The notes: a model not told the origin generated them from the sequence alone. 64,000 bases of DNA from Porphyromonadaceae bacterium (GCA_037191085.1 JBAKGE010000001.1:1089-65088); one strand, 5' to 3'; positions 10,062 through 20,692 are shown, counted from the first letter of the stretch. Translations and numbers: made by a program.

Positions 10062-10832
10062 ATGAAAAAGCTAACTTTCCTCGGTACAGGTACCTCCACA
10101 GGCATCCCTGAGATAGGATGTGCCTGTGCTGCCTGCACCTCTTCAGACCCAAGAGATCAGCGTCTGCGTGCCTCTGCGCTTATTGAACTAAACGGTCATA
10201 TCCTCCTCATCGATCCCGGACCGGACTTCAGGTATCAGTGTCTACGCGCCGGTGTAACCCGACTGGACGCTATTCTCGTCACACACGAGCACTACGATCA
10301 CGTGGGCGGACTGGATGACATCCGTCCTCTCTTCCGTGGCGGAATGCCGTGCCCTATCTACGCAGAGCCGCAGGTCATAGAGGCTGAGCAGATGCGTATG
10401 CCCTATGCCTTTGCGAAGAATAAATATGCAGGTGTCCCCGACCTTATTCTTCATCCTGTTTATCCCTATATTCCTCTGACATTTGTCCCCGAAGTGCCTA
10501 TTACCCCGCTCCGTGTACTCCATGGCAAACTCCCTATCGTTGGTTATAAGATAGGGGAAAATCTCGCCTACATTACGGACTGCAAGACCCTTTCTCCGGA
10601 GACCATAGAAGCCATACGGGGGATTCCTCTCCTCGTGATAAATGCTCTGCATACCTATCCCCACCCGGCTCATCTCTCATTCGGGGAATGTCTCGAACTT
10701 CTTGATATCATCCAGCCTGGCGAAGCCTATCTTACCCACTTTGCCCACACCTTTGGTACCCACAAGCACATAGAGACTCTTTGTCCTCCTCATGTATATC
10801 CGGCCTATGATATGTTGACAGTCTCGATTTGA
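10062..10832 (+). CDS. MBL-fold metallo-hydrolase (PhnP/YycJ-like)
   Basis: FLGTGTSTGIP, CxCxxC, THEHYDH, AYITD, THFAH. Confidence 0.9.
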   Translation: MKKLTFLGTGTSTGIPEIGCACAACTSSDPRDQRLRASALIELNGHILLIDPGPDFRYQCLRAGVTRLDAILVTHEHYDHVGGLDDIRPLFRGGMPCPIYAEPQVIEAEQMRMPYAFAKNKYAGVPDLILHPVYPYIPLTFVPEVPITPLRVLHGKLPIVGYKIGENLAYITDCKTLSPETIEAIRGIPLLVINALHTYPHPAHLSFGECLELLDIIQPGEAYLTHFAHTFGTHKHIETLCPPHVYPAYDMLTVSI

Positions 10833-11031
10833 TGTGTTTTACCCCGGACTCAATGTTTGTAAAATGAAGCATCGACCTGATCTTAAAAATGGGAGATATT
10901 GTTTCGGGATTGCTGGTCTAATCTAATGAAATTAAGGGCTTCGTGCGTTGGTGGAGGGGAGAGTATGGCGCGTCGTAGCGGATTGTACCTCTCTCATTTA
11001 TGTGAGATCTGTCGATATATCGTGAGAAAAG

Positions 11032-11109
11032 CTCTGGGTCGTCGACTTGCCGATGTCCCAGAGATCGTCAAAGAAAGCTCTGGGTCATCGTTTCATCGAC
11101 GACCCAGAG
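11032..11109. repeat. 78-bp double-palindrome REP/BIME-like element, copy A
   Basis: CTCTGGG-N18-CCCAGAG-N14-CTCTGGG-N18-CCCAGAG; the second unit extends to a 20-bp perfect stem. Confidence 0.92.
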
Positions 11110-11276
11110 CTTTCTTTGACCGCTGTGTATAGAATGTAGTTAAGAGAAAATGATGATAAGATCGCTTAGGCCTGACTAACGAGCGCAGGTCGTGCGTAAA
11201 CAGATATGCCAAGAGTACCTCAGAGCGGTAGATACTCTTGGCATTGTCCATATTGTTTTTGCTGTGTTTCGTCGGC

Positions 11277-13430
11277 TTATTTGCCGAATATTCTCCGCCA
11301 GAGTGATTTTCGCTGAGGTTTCTGCTGTGGGACGAATGTCGAATCTGTTATCGCTCCGGAGGTACCGGGGAGGCTGACGAAGTCTCGTGTTAGGTCGTAC
11401 ATCGCCATTTGCGTGCGGATAGGTTGTGCACTATTGTCTCGCTTGGGGACGTTTTCGAGGTTCTCGTTGATGTACACCGCATTAGTATTATCTGCCATGC
11501 ACAGGTTGAGGACTCTGCGTAGGTAGTCCTTGATCACCGAGTCGTAGACGGGTGCTGCACACTCTATGCGACGGTAGAGGTTACGCCCCATCCAGTCTGC
11601 TGAGGAGATATAGTACTTTTCCTCCCCTCCGTGCTTGAAGTACCAGATACGAGCATGCTCGAGGTAGATATCCACGAGACGTATGATACGGATATTTTCG
11701 CTGAAGGGCATATTGGGAATCACGCGGCAAATACCTCGTATGAGGAGATCTATCTGTACCCCTGCTCCTGAGGCATCATAGAGCTTACTAATCACACCGG
11801 GATCCTCCATGGAGTTCATCTTAAGTATAATACGTGAGGGCCGACCGGCTTTGGCTTCCTTGATCTCGTAGTCGATGAGGTTATGTATTTCCTCTGCCAT
11901 GCCGTGGCTCGCTATGAGCAAGTGGTCGAATGTTATTTTTTTTCTGGGTTGCTCGAGGTGGTTGAAGAGGAGAATCAGTTCATCGGTGAGTGCTATGCGT
12001 GAGGTAAATATGGAGACGTCGGAGTAGAAGCGTGCAGTCTTCTCATTGAAGTTCCCCGTGCTGAAAATGGCGATTCCGGACTTGTTTGGAATCGCATCGG
12101 TGTGAAACTCGATGACGCACGTCTTGGCATGCACCTTGAGACCCGGCAGTGAGTAAATGATCTTGACTCCATGCCGGGTCATGCGATGTGCGGTGTTGAG
12201 GTTATTCTCCTCATCGAATCTCGCCTTCAGTTCCACAAATACGGTAACTTCTTTTCCATTATTAGCAGCCTTTATAAGGGCATCGATGACGTCCGAATCC
12301 TCTGCGACACGATACTGGGTCAGCTTGAGGCCTTTGACTCTCGGATCCTCGGCTGCCTCATGGAGGAGGTATAGCAGGTAGGAGAATGATGTGTAGGGGA
12401 CGAATACAGCCTCGTCCTGACGTAGGATATGGTTTATCTTGCTCTGATGTGTATCCCAGCGGACATGTGGTATTGGTTTCGGGTACTGCTGTGCGAAGTC
12501 TGGGCCCAGAGGATTCTCCAGCTTAATGAGATCCTGCAGCTGCAGGTGACGGCGCCCTTTGAGCAGATCTTCGGCTTTTAGGCCAAAAGCTTCCTGTAGG
12601 ATGTGTAGTACCTCCATGGGCATTTCGTCGTCGTATTGAAAGCGTGTGATGTCGCCGATCTTACGCTTGCTGATAAGCTCTTCTATGTTCTCTGCAAGCT
12701 GTTCGCCACCTTCGTCGTCAATCTCAATGTCCGCATCTCGGGAGGTCTTGAAGCTGTATGACCCAAGAACGTCGTAGCCCGGAAATATATCCCTTAGCCC
12801 AAAGCGTACCACCTCGTCTACGAACGTGTAGGCATAGCGTCCCTCCGGCGAGGGGACGCGGAGGAATCGTGGAACCTTTGTGAATGGGAGTTTGATGATA
12901 TAGCATCGTACTGCCTCGTTGAGATGACGGCGGAGGTGAACAGCGAGGTAGATACGCTTGTCGCGGAGGAAAGTCTTGACTAAACTGGGACTTACTGGCA
13001 CAGGCTGGAGAAAAGGATATACCTCATTCTTGAAGTATCCTTCGATATAGTTCCGCACCTCTGGCGTGAAGGAGCGGAAATCCGTGTACACGTCTATGCC
13101 AACAGCACGTAGGTCAGGCACCATGACATCTTCCCATGCCTTGCGGAAGATAGACTCCTGATCATTGACTTCCGCGATCACGTCATGTAGATCATCGATA
13201 CGCTCCTGTAAGTCTTCGCGTTTAGCGGCACGCCGCCGAGCAATAGAGGCCTTCGCACCGGCTACTCGGATCTGGTAGAATTCTTCTAAGTTAGAGGAGA
13301 AAATGGACAGGAATTTGATACGCTCGAACAGTGGGACTGTGGAGTCCATGGATTCCAAGAGCACACGCTTATTGAAAGAGAGCCAGCTGATATCCCTGCC
13401 AAAGTAGGAATATTTCTTGTCGGATGTCAT
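11277..13430 (-). CDS. ppk1: Polyphosphate kinase 1
   Basis: RDISWLSFNKRVL, SSNLEEFYQIRVA, ELKARFDEENN, LKVHAK, YLEHARI, SSADWMGRNL; start moved to MTSDKK. Confidence 0.95.
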   Translation of the reverse strand: MTSDKKYSYFGRDISWLSFNKRVLLESMDSTVPLFERIKFLSIFSSNLEEFYQIRVAGAKASIARRRAAKREDLQERIDDLHDVIAEVNDQESIFRKAWEDVMVPDLRAVGIDVYTDFRSFTPEVRNYIEGYFKNEVYPFLQPVPVSPSLVKTFLRDKRIYLAVHLRRHLNEAVRCYIIKLPFTKVPRFLRVPSPEGRYAYTFVDEVVRFGLRDIFPGYDVLGSYSFKTSRDADIEIDDEGGEQLAENIEELISKRKIGDITRFQYDDEMPMEVLHILQEAFGLKAEDLLKGRRHLQLQDLIKLENPLGPDFAQQYPKPIPHVRWDTHQSKINHILRQDEAVFVPYTSFSYLLYLLHEAAEDPRVKGLKLTQYRVAEDSDVIDALIKAANNGKEVTVFVELKARFDEENNLNTAHRMTRHGVKIIYSLPGLKVHAKTCVIEFHTDAIPNKSGIAIFSTGNFNEKTARFYSDVSIFTSRIALTDELILLFNHLEQPRKKITFDHLLIASHGMAEEIHNLIDYEIKEAKAGRPSRIILKMNSMEDPGVISKLYDASGAGVQIDLLIRGICRVIPNMPFSENIRIIRLVDIYLEHARIWYFKHGGEEKYYISSADWMGRNLYRRIECAAPVYDSVIKDYLRRVLNLCMADNTNAVYINENLENVPKRDNSAQPIRTQMAMYDLTRDFVSLPGTSGAITDSTFVPQQKPQRKSLWRRIFGK

Positions 13431-13736
13431 ATATGCTTCAGATTCTAATATTATCTCTATCTGATTGGGCAAATGTACTTATTTTCACGGAAATATTTCG
13501 CTTGTGCTTCTGGTGTTTAGCTGTTGTGGATGTAATGAAATATTGATATTGTGGGGATGAATCTTCCGGAAATCCTCCATAAAGTTTTCTATTTTGGGAA
13601 ACTTATTGGTTTGATTTTGTTGAATAGTTTCCCACTTGTTTATTTATATTGTTGTGGGTTAGTTTGTTATGTTTTTGTTGGTTGGTGTCTGTGAAAATTT
13701 ACAATCTTTTCTGATTGTATCAATGGAATATATTGT

Positions 13737-13744
13737 TATCTTTG
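13737..13744 (+). promoter_or_regulatory. -7 promoter element upstream of the riboswitch
   Basis: TATCTTTG matches TAnnTTTG. Confidence 0.6.
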
Positions 13745-13749
13745 TTCAG

Positions 13750-13960
13750 GTATTCGGTGCTTGGCAATTAGGGAGCTTTGCTTCTCGAAATTGTGTAGGC
13801 TTAAAATGGGAATTGGGTGAGAATCCCAGACTATCCCCGTAGCTGTAAGCTCAAGATGCCTCGGTGCGATATATCCACTGTCCGCAGATAGCTAATGACT
13901 GTCTATAGGGTGGGAAGGATGCACTACTCAGGAGGCGAGCAGAGTCAGAAGACCTGCCGA
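13750..13960 (+). ncRNA. Cobalamin (AdoCbl) riboswitch
   Basis: Conserved blocks in order: AAAATGGGAA-TTGGGTGAGAATCCCA-GACTATCCCCGTAGCTGTAA, CCACTG, GGGAAGG, AGTCAGAAGACCTGCC; upstream of nrdD; boundaries approximate. Confidence 0.9.
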
Positions 13961-14006
13961 ATACGGCATCATTACATTACAAACAACTACTAAAACACAA
14001 TGTAGC

Positions 14007-16214
14007 ATGATTCGATCAGTAATCAAACGCGACGGGCGTATCGTGGGATTCAACGAAGAAAAAATCTGTTCAGCTATCCGAAAAGCTATGCTCCATACCG
14101 ACGGAGGAGAGGATGAGGCTCTGATCCAGCGTATCAGTACGCGGATTTCCTGCAGTGCCAAAGAACAGATGGGTGTGGAGGAGATACAGGATCTCGTAGA
14201 GGCCGAACTCATGTCCAGCCCGCGGCAGGATGTAGCTAAGAAGTATATCGCTTATCGTCACCAGCGTAGTGTGGCTCGAAAGGCAAAGACAAGGGATATG
14301 TTCCTTGAGATCATAGAGGCTAAGTCCACCGACGTAACTCGAGAGAATGCCAATATGAATACTGACACTCCGGCAGGGATGATGATGAAGTTTGCCAGTG
14401 AGACGACCAAACCTTTTGTGGACGACTTCCTTCTCTCCGAAGAGGCTCGTACCGCTACGGAGCAAGGTTATTTGCACGTGCACGACAAGGATTACTATCC
14501 CACCAAAAGTCTGACCTGTGTCCAACATCCATTGGATATAATACTGGAGAAAGGGTTCTATGCAGGGCACGGAGAGTCGCGCCCTGCCAAGCGTATTGAG
14601 ACGGCAAGTATCCTTGGATGTATATCTCTTGAGACGGCACAGAATGAGATGCACGGCGGTCAGGCGCTACCGGCATTTGACTTTTATCTTGCCCCCTTTG
14701 TACGCAGTAGCTTTGTGGAGGAGGTGAAGGTATTGGAGGAGATGAATGGAGCTGACTATTCCGACCTATACGGAGCTAAGATTGTTGACTATGTGCAGGA
14801 ACCACTCGGACATCTGGAAGGAAACGCTCGCATACTCCAACACGCCATCAATAGGACTGTCGAGCGGGTACATCAGGCGATGGAGGCATTCATTCATAAT
14901 ATGAATACGATTCACTCTCGTGGAGGTAACCAAGTGGTTTTTAGCTCCATTAACTATGGTACAGATACTTCTGCCGAAGGACGGTGTGTCATCCGAGAGC
15001 TGCTTCACAGTACTTATAGAGGGGTGGGCAATGGTTCTACGGCAATCTTTCCGATACAGATATGGAAGAAGAAAAGAGGAGTGAGCTACCTTCCTGAAGA
15101 TCCGAATTACGATCTCTACAAACTTGCATGCAAGGTCACAGCCAAGCGCTTTTTCCCGAACTTCCTCAACCTTGATGCAGACTTTAATACCCACGAGAAG
15201 TGGCGCGCCGATGATCCTAAGAGGTATATGTATGAAATGGCTACTATGGGATGTCGTACACGTGTCTTCGAGAACCGATTCGGGGAGAAGACCTCTGTTG
15301 GTCGTGGCAATCTTTCTTTCTCCACCATTAATATTGTCCGCATTGCCATTGAGTGTATGGGGATAGAGGATAGAGAGGAGCGGATAGGAGCTTTCTTCGA
15401 AAAGTTGGATCAACTCCTTGAGATTACAGCACGTCAGTTGCACGATAGGTACTCCTTCCAGAAGACAGCACTTGCCAAGCAGTTTCCTCTCCTTATGTCC
15501 AAGCTTTGGCGTGGAAGCGAATCCCTCAAACCCAATGATACGATAGAGAGTGTTATCAACCAGGGGACCCTTGGTATCGGATTTATAGGACTTGCCGAGT
15601 GTTTGGTGGCTCTTGTCGGTAAGCATCATGGCGAGAGCACGGAGGCACAGGATCTGGGACTACAGATTATAGGACACATGAAAGAGAAAGTAGATGAGTT
15701 CTCTGAACGCTATCAGCACAACTACAGTGTGTTGGCTACACCAGCTGAAGGATTAGCAGGGAAATTCACTGCCAAGGATCGCAAAGCATTCGGTACATTG
15801 GTGGGGATTACGGACAGGGCGTTTTACACTAATTCCAACCATGTCCCTGTCTACTACAAGTGCTCCGCCGAGCATAAAGCCAGAGTAGAAGCTCCATACC
15901 ACACGTTAACCCGAGGAGGACATATATTTTATGTCGAAATAGATGGGGACGCAACCCACAACCCGGAAGCAATAATGCAGGTAGTCGATATGATGGACAA
16001 GTATAACATAGGATATGGATCTGTCAATCACAATCGCAATAGATGCTCAGATTGTGGATACGAGAATGCAGATAAAGAGATGCACTCGTGCCCCAAGTGT
16101 GGCAGCACTCGTGTAGATAGGCTGCAGCGTATCACTGGTTATCTTGTGGGCACCACTGACCGATGGAATAATGCTAAGCTCGCTGAGCTCAATGCCCGGG
16201 TCACGCACGACTGA
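14007..16214 (+). CDS. nrdD: Anaerobic (class III) ribonucleoside-triphosphate reductase
   Basis: N-terminal ATP cone (VIKRDGR), HVHDKDYY, MGCRT, TPAEG, CxxC...CPKC, RITGYL glycyl-radical motif. Confidence 0.96.
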   Translation: MIRSVIKRDGRIVGFNEEKICSAIRKAMLHTDGGEDEALIQRISTRISCSAKEQMGVEEIQDLVEAELMSSPRQDVAKKYIAYRHQRSVARKAKTRDMFLEIIEAKSTDVTRENANMNTDTPAGMMMKFASETTKPFVDDFLLSEEARTATEQGYLHVHDKDYYPTKSLTCVQHPLDIILEKGFYAGHGESRPAKRIETASILGCISLETAQNEMHGGQALPAFDFYLAPFVRSSFVEEVKVLEEMNGADYSDLYGAKIVDYVQEPLGHLEGNARILQHAINRTVERVHQAMEAFIHNMNTIHSRGGNQVVFSSINYGTDTSAEGRCVIRELLHSTYRGVGNGSTAIFPIQIWKKKRGVSYLPEDPNYDLYKLACKVTAKRFFPNFLNLDADFNTHEKWRADDPKRYMYEMATMGCRTRVFENRFGEKTSVGRGNLSFSTINIVRIAIECMGIEDREERIGAFFEKLDQLLEITARQLHDRYSFQKTALAKQFPLLMSKLWRGSESLKPNDTIESVINQGTLGIGFIGLAECLVALVGKHHGESTEAQDLGLQIIGHMKEKVDEFSERYQHNYSVLATPAEGLAGKFTAKDRKAFGTLVGITDRAFYTNSNHVPVYYKCSAEHKARVEAPYHTLTRGGHIFYVEIDGDATHNPEAIMQVVDMMDKYNIGYGSVNHNRNRCSDCGYENADKEMHSCPKCGSTRVDRLQRITGYLVGTTDRWNNAKLAELNARVTHD

Positions 16215-16704
16215 TCTCCTCCTCTCTATCCTCGACATACGTCGGAGCACTACGGTGGATGGACCAGGATTTCGTACCAGTATCTACACGTCTGGCTGTC
16301 CTCATGCATGCCCAGGGTGCCATAACCCCGAGTCGTGGTCGATAGCAAATGGGACCCTTACACCCCTCGAGGATATTATGGAAGTGGTGGAGAATGAGAC
16401 TTTCTCCAACGTCACACTCTCAGGCGGTGATCCACTTTATCAAGTAGAGACGGTGACGGAGCTATGCCGGCTGATCAAAGCCCGTACGACCAAGACTATC
16501 TGGTTGTATACCGGCTATACTGTTGATCAGATTATTGCGTCAGGACGATTGTCTATGATCCTGCCTTACGTGGATGTCATTGTCGATGGTCCTTTTGTCC
16601 AAGCACTGAAAGACGAGGACCTACTCTTTCGAGGGAGCCGTAATCAGCGAATCGTTGACATATGTCAGACCCTCCGATGTGGTCATATTGTAGAGCTGGA
16701 CTAA
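16192..16704 (+). CDS. nrdG: Anaerobic RNR activating protein (radical SAM)
   Basis: VDGPGFR, CxxxCxxC, SGGDP, FRGSRNQR; start placed at ATG 16192, overlapping the nrdD end. Confidence 0.92.
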   Translation: MPGSRTTDLLLSILDIRRSTTVDGPGFRTSIYTSGCPHACPGCHNPESWSIANGTLTPLEDIMEVVENETFSNVTLSGGDPLYQVETVTELCRLIKARTTKTIWLYTGYTVDQIIASGRLSMILPYVDVIVDGPFVQALKDEDLLFRGSRNQRIVDICQTLRCGHIVELD

Positions 16705-16718
16705 GGGACAAAAAGTAG

Positions 16719-16754
16719 AGGCTATCTATAGTTAATGCTATAGGTAGCCTTTTT
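16719..16754. terminator. Bidirectional intrinsic terminator
   Basis: AGGCTATCTATAG-TTAATG-CTATAGGTAGCCT then TTTT; A-tract on the left. Confidence 0.8.
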
Positions 16755-16756
16755 CG

Positions 16757-17782
16757 TTACAAGTAAGAGATTAATTCATCGATGTCTTCAGGTTGTGTGG
16801 CCCAACTGGTGACGAACCGGACAGGTGTCTCTGTCTCTCCTCTGATACCCCAAAGCTCGAAAGAAACATGACTGCGGAGACTATCTATGATTTCATTCGG
16901 GAGGATGATAAACTGTTGGTTCGTCGGTGAATCGATGTACAGTCGATAACCTCTGGATACGAATGCTGCTTTTAGTCGAAGCGCACACTCTACTGCCTGT
17001 CGGCTGATGTCCCAGTACAGGCGGTGACTAAATAGGGTCTCGAATTGCACACCCAGTAGTCTTCCTTTCGCGAGCAATCCCCCATGTTGTTTAATCAGTG
17101 GCATGAAGTGCGGGAGGAGCTCAGGGCGGTCTGTCACCACTGCTTCACCGAAGAGTGCTCCGACTTTCGTCCCACCGATATAGAAGACATCACACCACTT
17201 TGCTATATCTTCTATCGTTACATCGCACATCGGAGATGTGAGACCATAGCCGAGACGCGCTCCGTCTATATACAGTGGTATATCGTGTATATGGCAGACC
17301 TTACTCAGTTCCTGCAACTCTTGTCGACTGTAGAGAGTACCCACCTCGGTGGGGAATGAAATGTACACCATTCCCGGAGCTACCATGTGCTCGTACGTAT
17401 TATCCTTGTAGAAGTCCCTCACATACCTGTCTACGTCCTTAGCCCTTATCTTGCCTTCATAAGTTGGCAGGGTCAGTACCTTGTGCCCGGTTGCCTCTAT
17501 AGCACCTGTCTCATGGACGTTGATATGAGCTGTCTCAGATGCCAATACTCCCTCATGGTGTCTCAGTAGGGCATCTATCACAGTCGCGTTTGTCTGTGTT
17601 CCACCGATCAGAAAATGTACAACCCCATCCTCCAGCCCGCATGTCTTAAGGATAAGTGCACGAGCTCGGGCTGTGTATGGATCCGTGCCATAGCCCGTTG
17701 TGTGTTCGAGGTTTGTCTCTTCTATTCGGCGCATCACCTTCGGATGTGCTCCTGCCGTGTAGTCGTTGTCGAAGTAAAGCAT
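16757..17782 (-). CDS. ltaE: Low-specificity L-threonine aldolase family (PLP)
   Basis: FDNDY, GYGTD, GGTQTN, HINVHETGA, IDGARL, GGTKVG, RFVTSWAT. Confidence 0.85.
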   Translation of the reverse strand: MLYFDNDYTAGAHPKVMRRIEETNLEHTTGYGTDPYTARARALILKTCGLEDGVVHFLIGGTQTNATVIDALLRHHEGVLASETAHINVHETGAIEATGHKVLTLPTYEGKIRAKDVDRYVRDFYKDNTYEHMVAPGMVYISFPTEVGTLYSRQELQELSKVCHIHDIPLYIDGARLGYGLTSPMCDVTIEDIAKWCDVFYIGGTKVGALFGEAVVTDRPELLPHFMPLIKQHGGLLAKGRLLGVQFETLFSHRLYWDISRQAVECALRLKAAFVSRGYRLYIDSPTNQQFIILPNEIIDSLRSHVSFELWGIRGETETPVRFVTSWATQPEDIDELISYL

Positions 17783-17801
17783 TGTATTGTCCCTCGGATG
17801 A

Positions 17802-20015
17802 TTATTTGAGATGAATAAACCGTAGTCTCAAACTATTGAGAACCACACAGACGGAACTGCATGCCATGGCTGCAGCTGAAATCATCGGCGTAATCGTCAG
17901 CTCTGGGGCATATACACCTGCTGCCAGAGGAATAGCGATTACGTTGTAGAAGAAAGCCCAGAAGAAGTTCTGTCGGATGATTTGTACCGTCTTCCGTGAC
18001 AGCTCTATCGCCTTGGGGATTGATGAGAGTGCCCCTCCTACTGATGTCACTTGTGCCACGTCCGTGGCGATATCACTGCCAGTAGCCAGAGCGATGCTTA
18101 GGTCTGCTGTCGCGAGGGCAGGTGAGTCGTTGATGCCGTCACCTACCATTACCACCACTTTCCCCTCTCGCTGTAGTGTTTCGACATATTCTTTCTTATC
18201 TATTGGCGATAGCCCTCCTCGTGCCGTGCGGATGCCCAGTCTGTCGCCCATTAGTCGAGCACGTGCAGGCGTATCACCCGACAGGATGTGCGGTGTCACG
18301 TGATAGTTTGTCTGTAGACGTGAGAGCACGTCGGGGGCTTCGACTTTGACCTCATCCGATAGTGCCAGTATTGCTATTAATCTGTCTTTTCGAGCGAAGT
18401 ATACCAGGCTCTGGTGTGCGTTTCGATCCATGAATGTTTGTATCCTTGGGATCATGATGTCTGCACCCTCATATCTATTCGTCAGACTGTATGCACTATC
18501 TCCGTGGGTGAATGTCACCCCTCTGCCAGCTACCTCCTGTGTCTTCAAGCCCTCCGCCATGAATCCCTCTACCGAGTCATACGCTCGCACAATGGCCTGT
18601 GCTATGGGGTGATTGGAGCCCTTTTCGGCGGTCACCATGAGTGCCTGTAGTTCGGGACTCGACTGTAGCCACAGATCCTCTACCACCATGATCTCACCCT
18701 GGGTGAGTGTGCCTGTTTTGTCGAATATGATGTCTGTGACTTTGCTCAGGCGCTCCAAAGCACCGGCATCACGGATCAGGAGTCCTGCTTCGGAGGCTTT
18801 GCCCATAGCCACAGCAATTGCTGTCGGTGTCGCTAACCCCAGCGCGCATGGGCACGCAATGACGAGGACACTAATAGAGTAGTATAAGCCATATATCCAC
18901 GAAGCCTCGGTGTCGCTCATACTCCAGGCGATAAGGGTGATGAGAGCTATGACTATGATCGCTGGTACGAATACCCCCGATATCCTATCTGCGATACGCT
19001 GTATGGGAGCTTTGGATGCCTGAGCCTGTCGTACCGCATCTACGATACGTCCGAGGAGTGTATCGGCACCTACCTTCTCTGCCCTAAATGTCGTCACCTG
19101 ACCTACCGAAATGGTTCCGCCGAATACCGCGTCGCCTATTCCCTTTTCAGCGGGAATAGGTTCGCCGGTGATACTGCTCTCGTCGAACGATCCCGTCTCC
19201 TCCAGTCTTCCGTCCACAGGGACTCTATCTCCCCTGCGTAGCATAAGAAGGTCGCCCACACGTATCTCGCTCACAGGTATTGTGTCCCATGAACCTTGCT
19301 TGGCGGGGTTTGCCCGTAGGGCTTCGGTAGGTGCCAGTGCCATGAGCTTTCGCAGAGACTCGGTCGTCTCCTTCTTTGCACGCTCTTCGATGAACTTACC
19401 CAAGAGCACAAATGTTATGATCATCCCGATGACATCGAAGTATGAATTGCCAAAGATCCCCTGTAGCTGCGCATCTCTTGCCGTGAAGTAGCGTACCAGA
19501 CTAAAGGTATAAGCCACAGTGATACTCATGCTTATGAGCGTGTCCATAGTGAATGTCAGATGTCTCAACTGCCGCAAGGTGCGGGCGTGATAGTCCCATG
19601 CGCAGAAGAAGTAGACCACGGTGGCAGCTATGAGGTTGAAGGTATGCCCTGCCCCCGGACTCAGACCTATCAGGTGTGGGTGCATGCCGATGATCATCAT
19701 CGACGTGCCAAGTACTGCAGCCACGATGAGGCGTACCAGTACCCTGTGTGCCTCACGGTGCTCCACCTGTTCACGCACGGCTGTCTGCTCCTCTACCGAG
19801 TCGCTGATCAGCAGGTCGTAGCCGATGCTGCGTACAGCTAACTGCAGGGTTTGTGGGGATGTGACTTCGTCATCATAGGTGATTGCGGTGCGTCCCTCAA
19901 GTAGGTTGACCTCCACAGAGGCGACACCGGGAGACTTGGAGAGGGTGTCCTGCACTGCCGCGACACAGCCCGCACAGCTCATGCCTGTGACGGTATATAG
20001 TTTGGTCTTATTCAT
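17802..20015 (-). CDS. copA: Copper-translocating P1B-type ATPase
   Basis: HMA motif GMSCAGC, TGEP, CPCAL, DKTGT, GDGINDSPAL, YN and MACSS copper ligands. Confidence 0.92.
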   Translation of the reverse strand: MNKTKLYTVTGMSCAGCVAAVQDTLSKSPGVASVEVNLLEGRTAITYDDEVTSPQTLQLAVRSIGYDLLISDSVEEQTAVREQVEHREAHRVLVRLIVAAVLGTSMMIIGMHPHLIGLSPGAGHTFNLIAATVVYFFCAWDYHARTLRQLRHLTFTMDTLISMSITVAYTFSLVRYFTARDAQLQGIFGNSYFDVIGMIITFVLLGKFIEERAKKETTESLRKLMALAPTEALRANPAKQGSWDTIPVSEIRVGDLLMLRRGDRVPVDGRLEETGSFDESSITGEPIPAEKGIGDAVFGGTISVGQVTTFRAEKVGADTLLGRIVDAVRQAQASKAPIQRIADRISGVFVPAIIVIALITLIAWSMSDTEASWIYGLYYSISVLVIACPCALGLATPTAIAVAMGKASEAGLLIRDAGALERLSKVTDIIFDKTGTLTQGEIMVVEDLWLQSSPELQALMVTAEKGSNHPIAQAIVRAYDSVEGFMAEGLKTQEVAGRGVTFTHGDSAYSLTNRYEGADIMIPRIQTFMDRNAHQSLVYFARKDRLIAILALSDEVKVEAPDVLSRLQTNYHVTPHILSGDTPARARLMGDRLGIRTARGGLSPIDKKEYVETLQREGKVVVMVGDGINDSPALATADLSIALATGSDIATDVAQVTSVGGALSSIPKAIELSRKTVQIIRQNFFWAFFYNVIAIPLAAGVYAPELTITPMISAAAMACSSVCVVLNSLRLRFIHLK

Positions 20016-20226
20016 TGATTGATATGTGTTATTTATCTATTTGTATGTTCTTCTGGCATAAATCGTACTTGACCTATGTGCAGGAGGATACCATGTGTCT
20101 CTGCAGGGGGGATGACATGTAGGACATCATCCCATATGTGTGCTCAATGTACAATACCCACTGCGCGAAGTCTTGCTGATGTTCGTCTGTTCGCTCGTAG
20201 ACTTGTCTATTGAATGGCCAAGATTT

Positions 20227-20304
20227 CTCTGGGTCGTCGATAGAACGATGTCCCAGAGAAATTTTTGGAAAACTCTGGGACATCGTTTTATCGATGACCC
20301 AGAG
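20227..20304. repeat. 78-bp double-palindrome element, copy B
   Basis: Same 7-18-7-14-7-18-7 layout; lies between copZ and copA. Confidence 0.92.
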
Positions 20305-20452
20305 AAATTTTTCTCGGAGAAATGGTGGTTGTCTCCGAATCACCTGCTATACAAGCATGCAATCCACGTGGTATATCGTGTACGTGCCTGTGTACGAAAG
20401 TGATAGAGTATCGTGTTGGGTCGTAGTTGTAGTGCTTCCTCCTCTGCATGTC

Positions 20453-20665
20453 TTAGAGCACAAGGTCGTAGCCCGCATCTTTTACCACTGCCTGTAGCTG
20501 CCTGAGGCTCACAGTGCCATCATCGTAGGTGATAGTGACTTGCTTCTCGGGGAGGTGAATTTCCGCGGACTCCACACCTGGGATTTGAGAGAGTGCTACC
20601 TTGACAGCTGATGCACACATGGCACACGCCATACCATTAACATTGTATGTATTGGTTACTTTCAT
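20453..20665 (-). CDS. copZ: Heavy-metal (copper) chaperone, single HMA domain
   Basis: 70 aa, GMACAMC, ends GYDL. Confidence 0.88.
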   Translation of the reverse strand: MKVTNTYNVNGMACAMCASAVKVALSQIPGVESAEIHLPEKQVTITYDDGTVSLRQLQAVVKDAGYDLVL

Positions 20666-20692
20666 GATTGTATGGGTTTATTGATTGGGTAT

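Noticed and set aside
11032-11109. 78-bp elements or 22-bp arrays as CRISPR arrays
   Set aside because: No unique spacers of 30-40 nt; units are dispersed pairs or directly abutting tandem repeats
20140-20497. Short ORFs overlapping the 78-bp elements (also near 10899, 25817-26298, 31530-31915, 38885-39118, 62150)
   Set aside because: Their shared peptide motifs (e.g. LGHRFIDDPE, LWVVDE) are just translations of the repeat; no consistent start or frame
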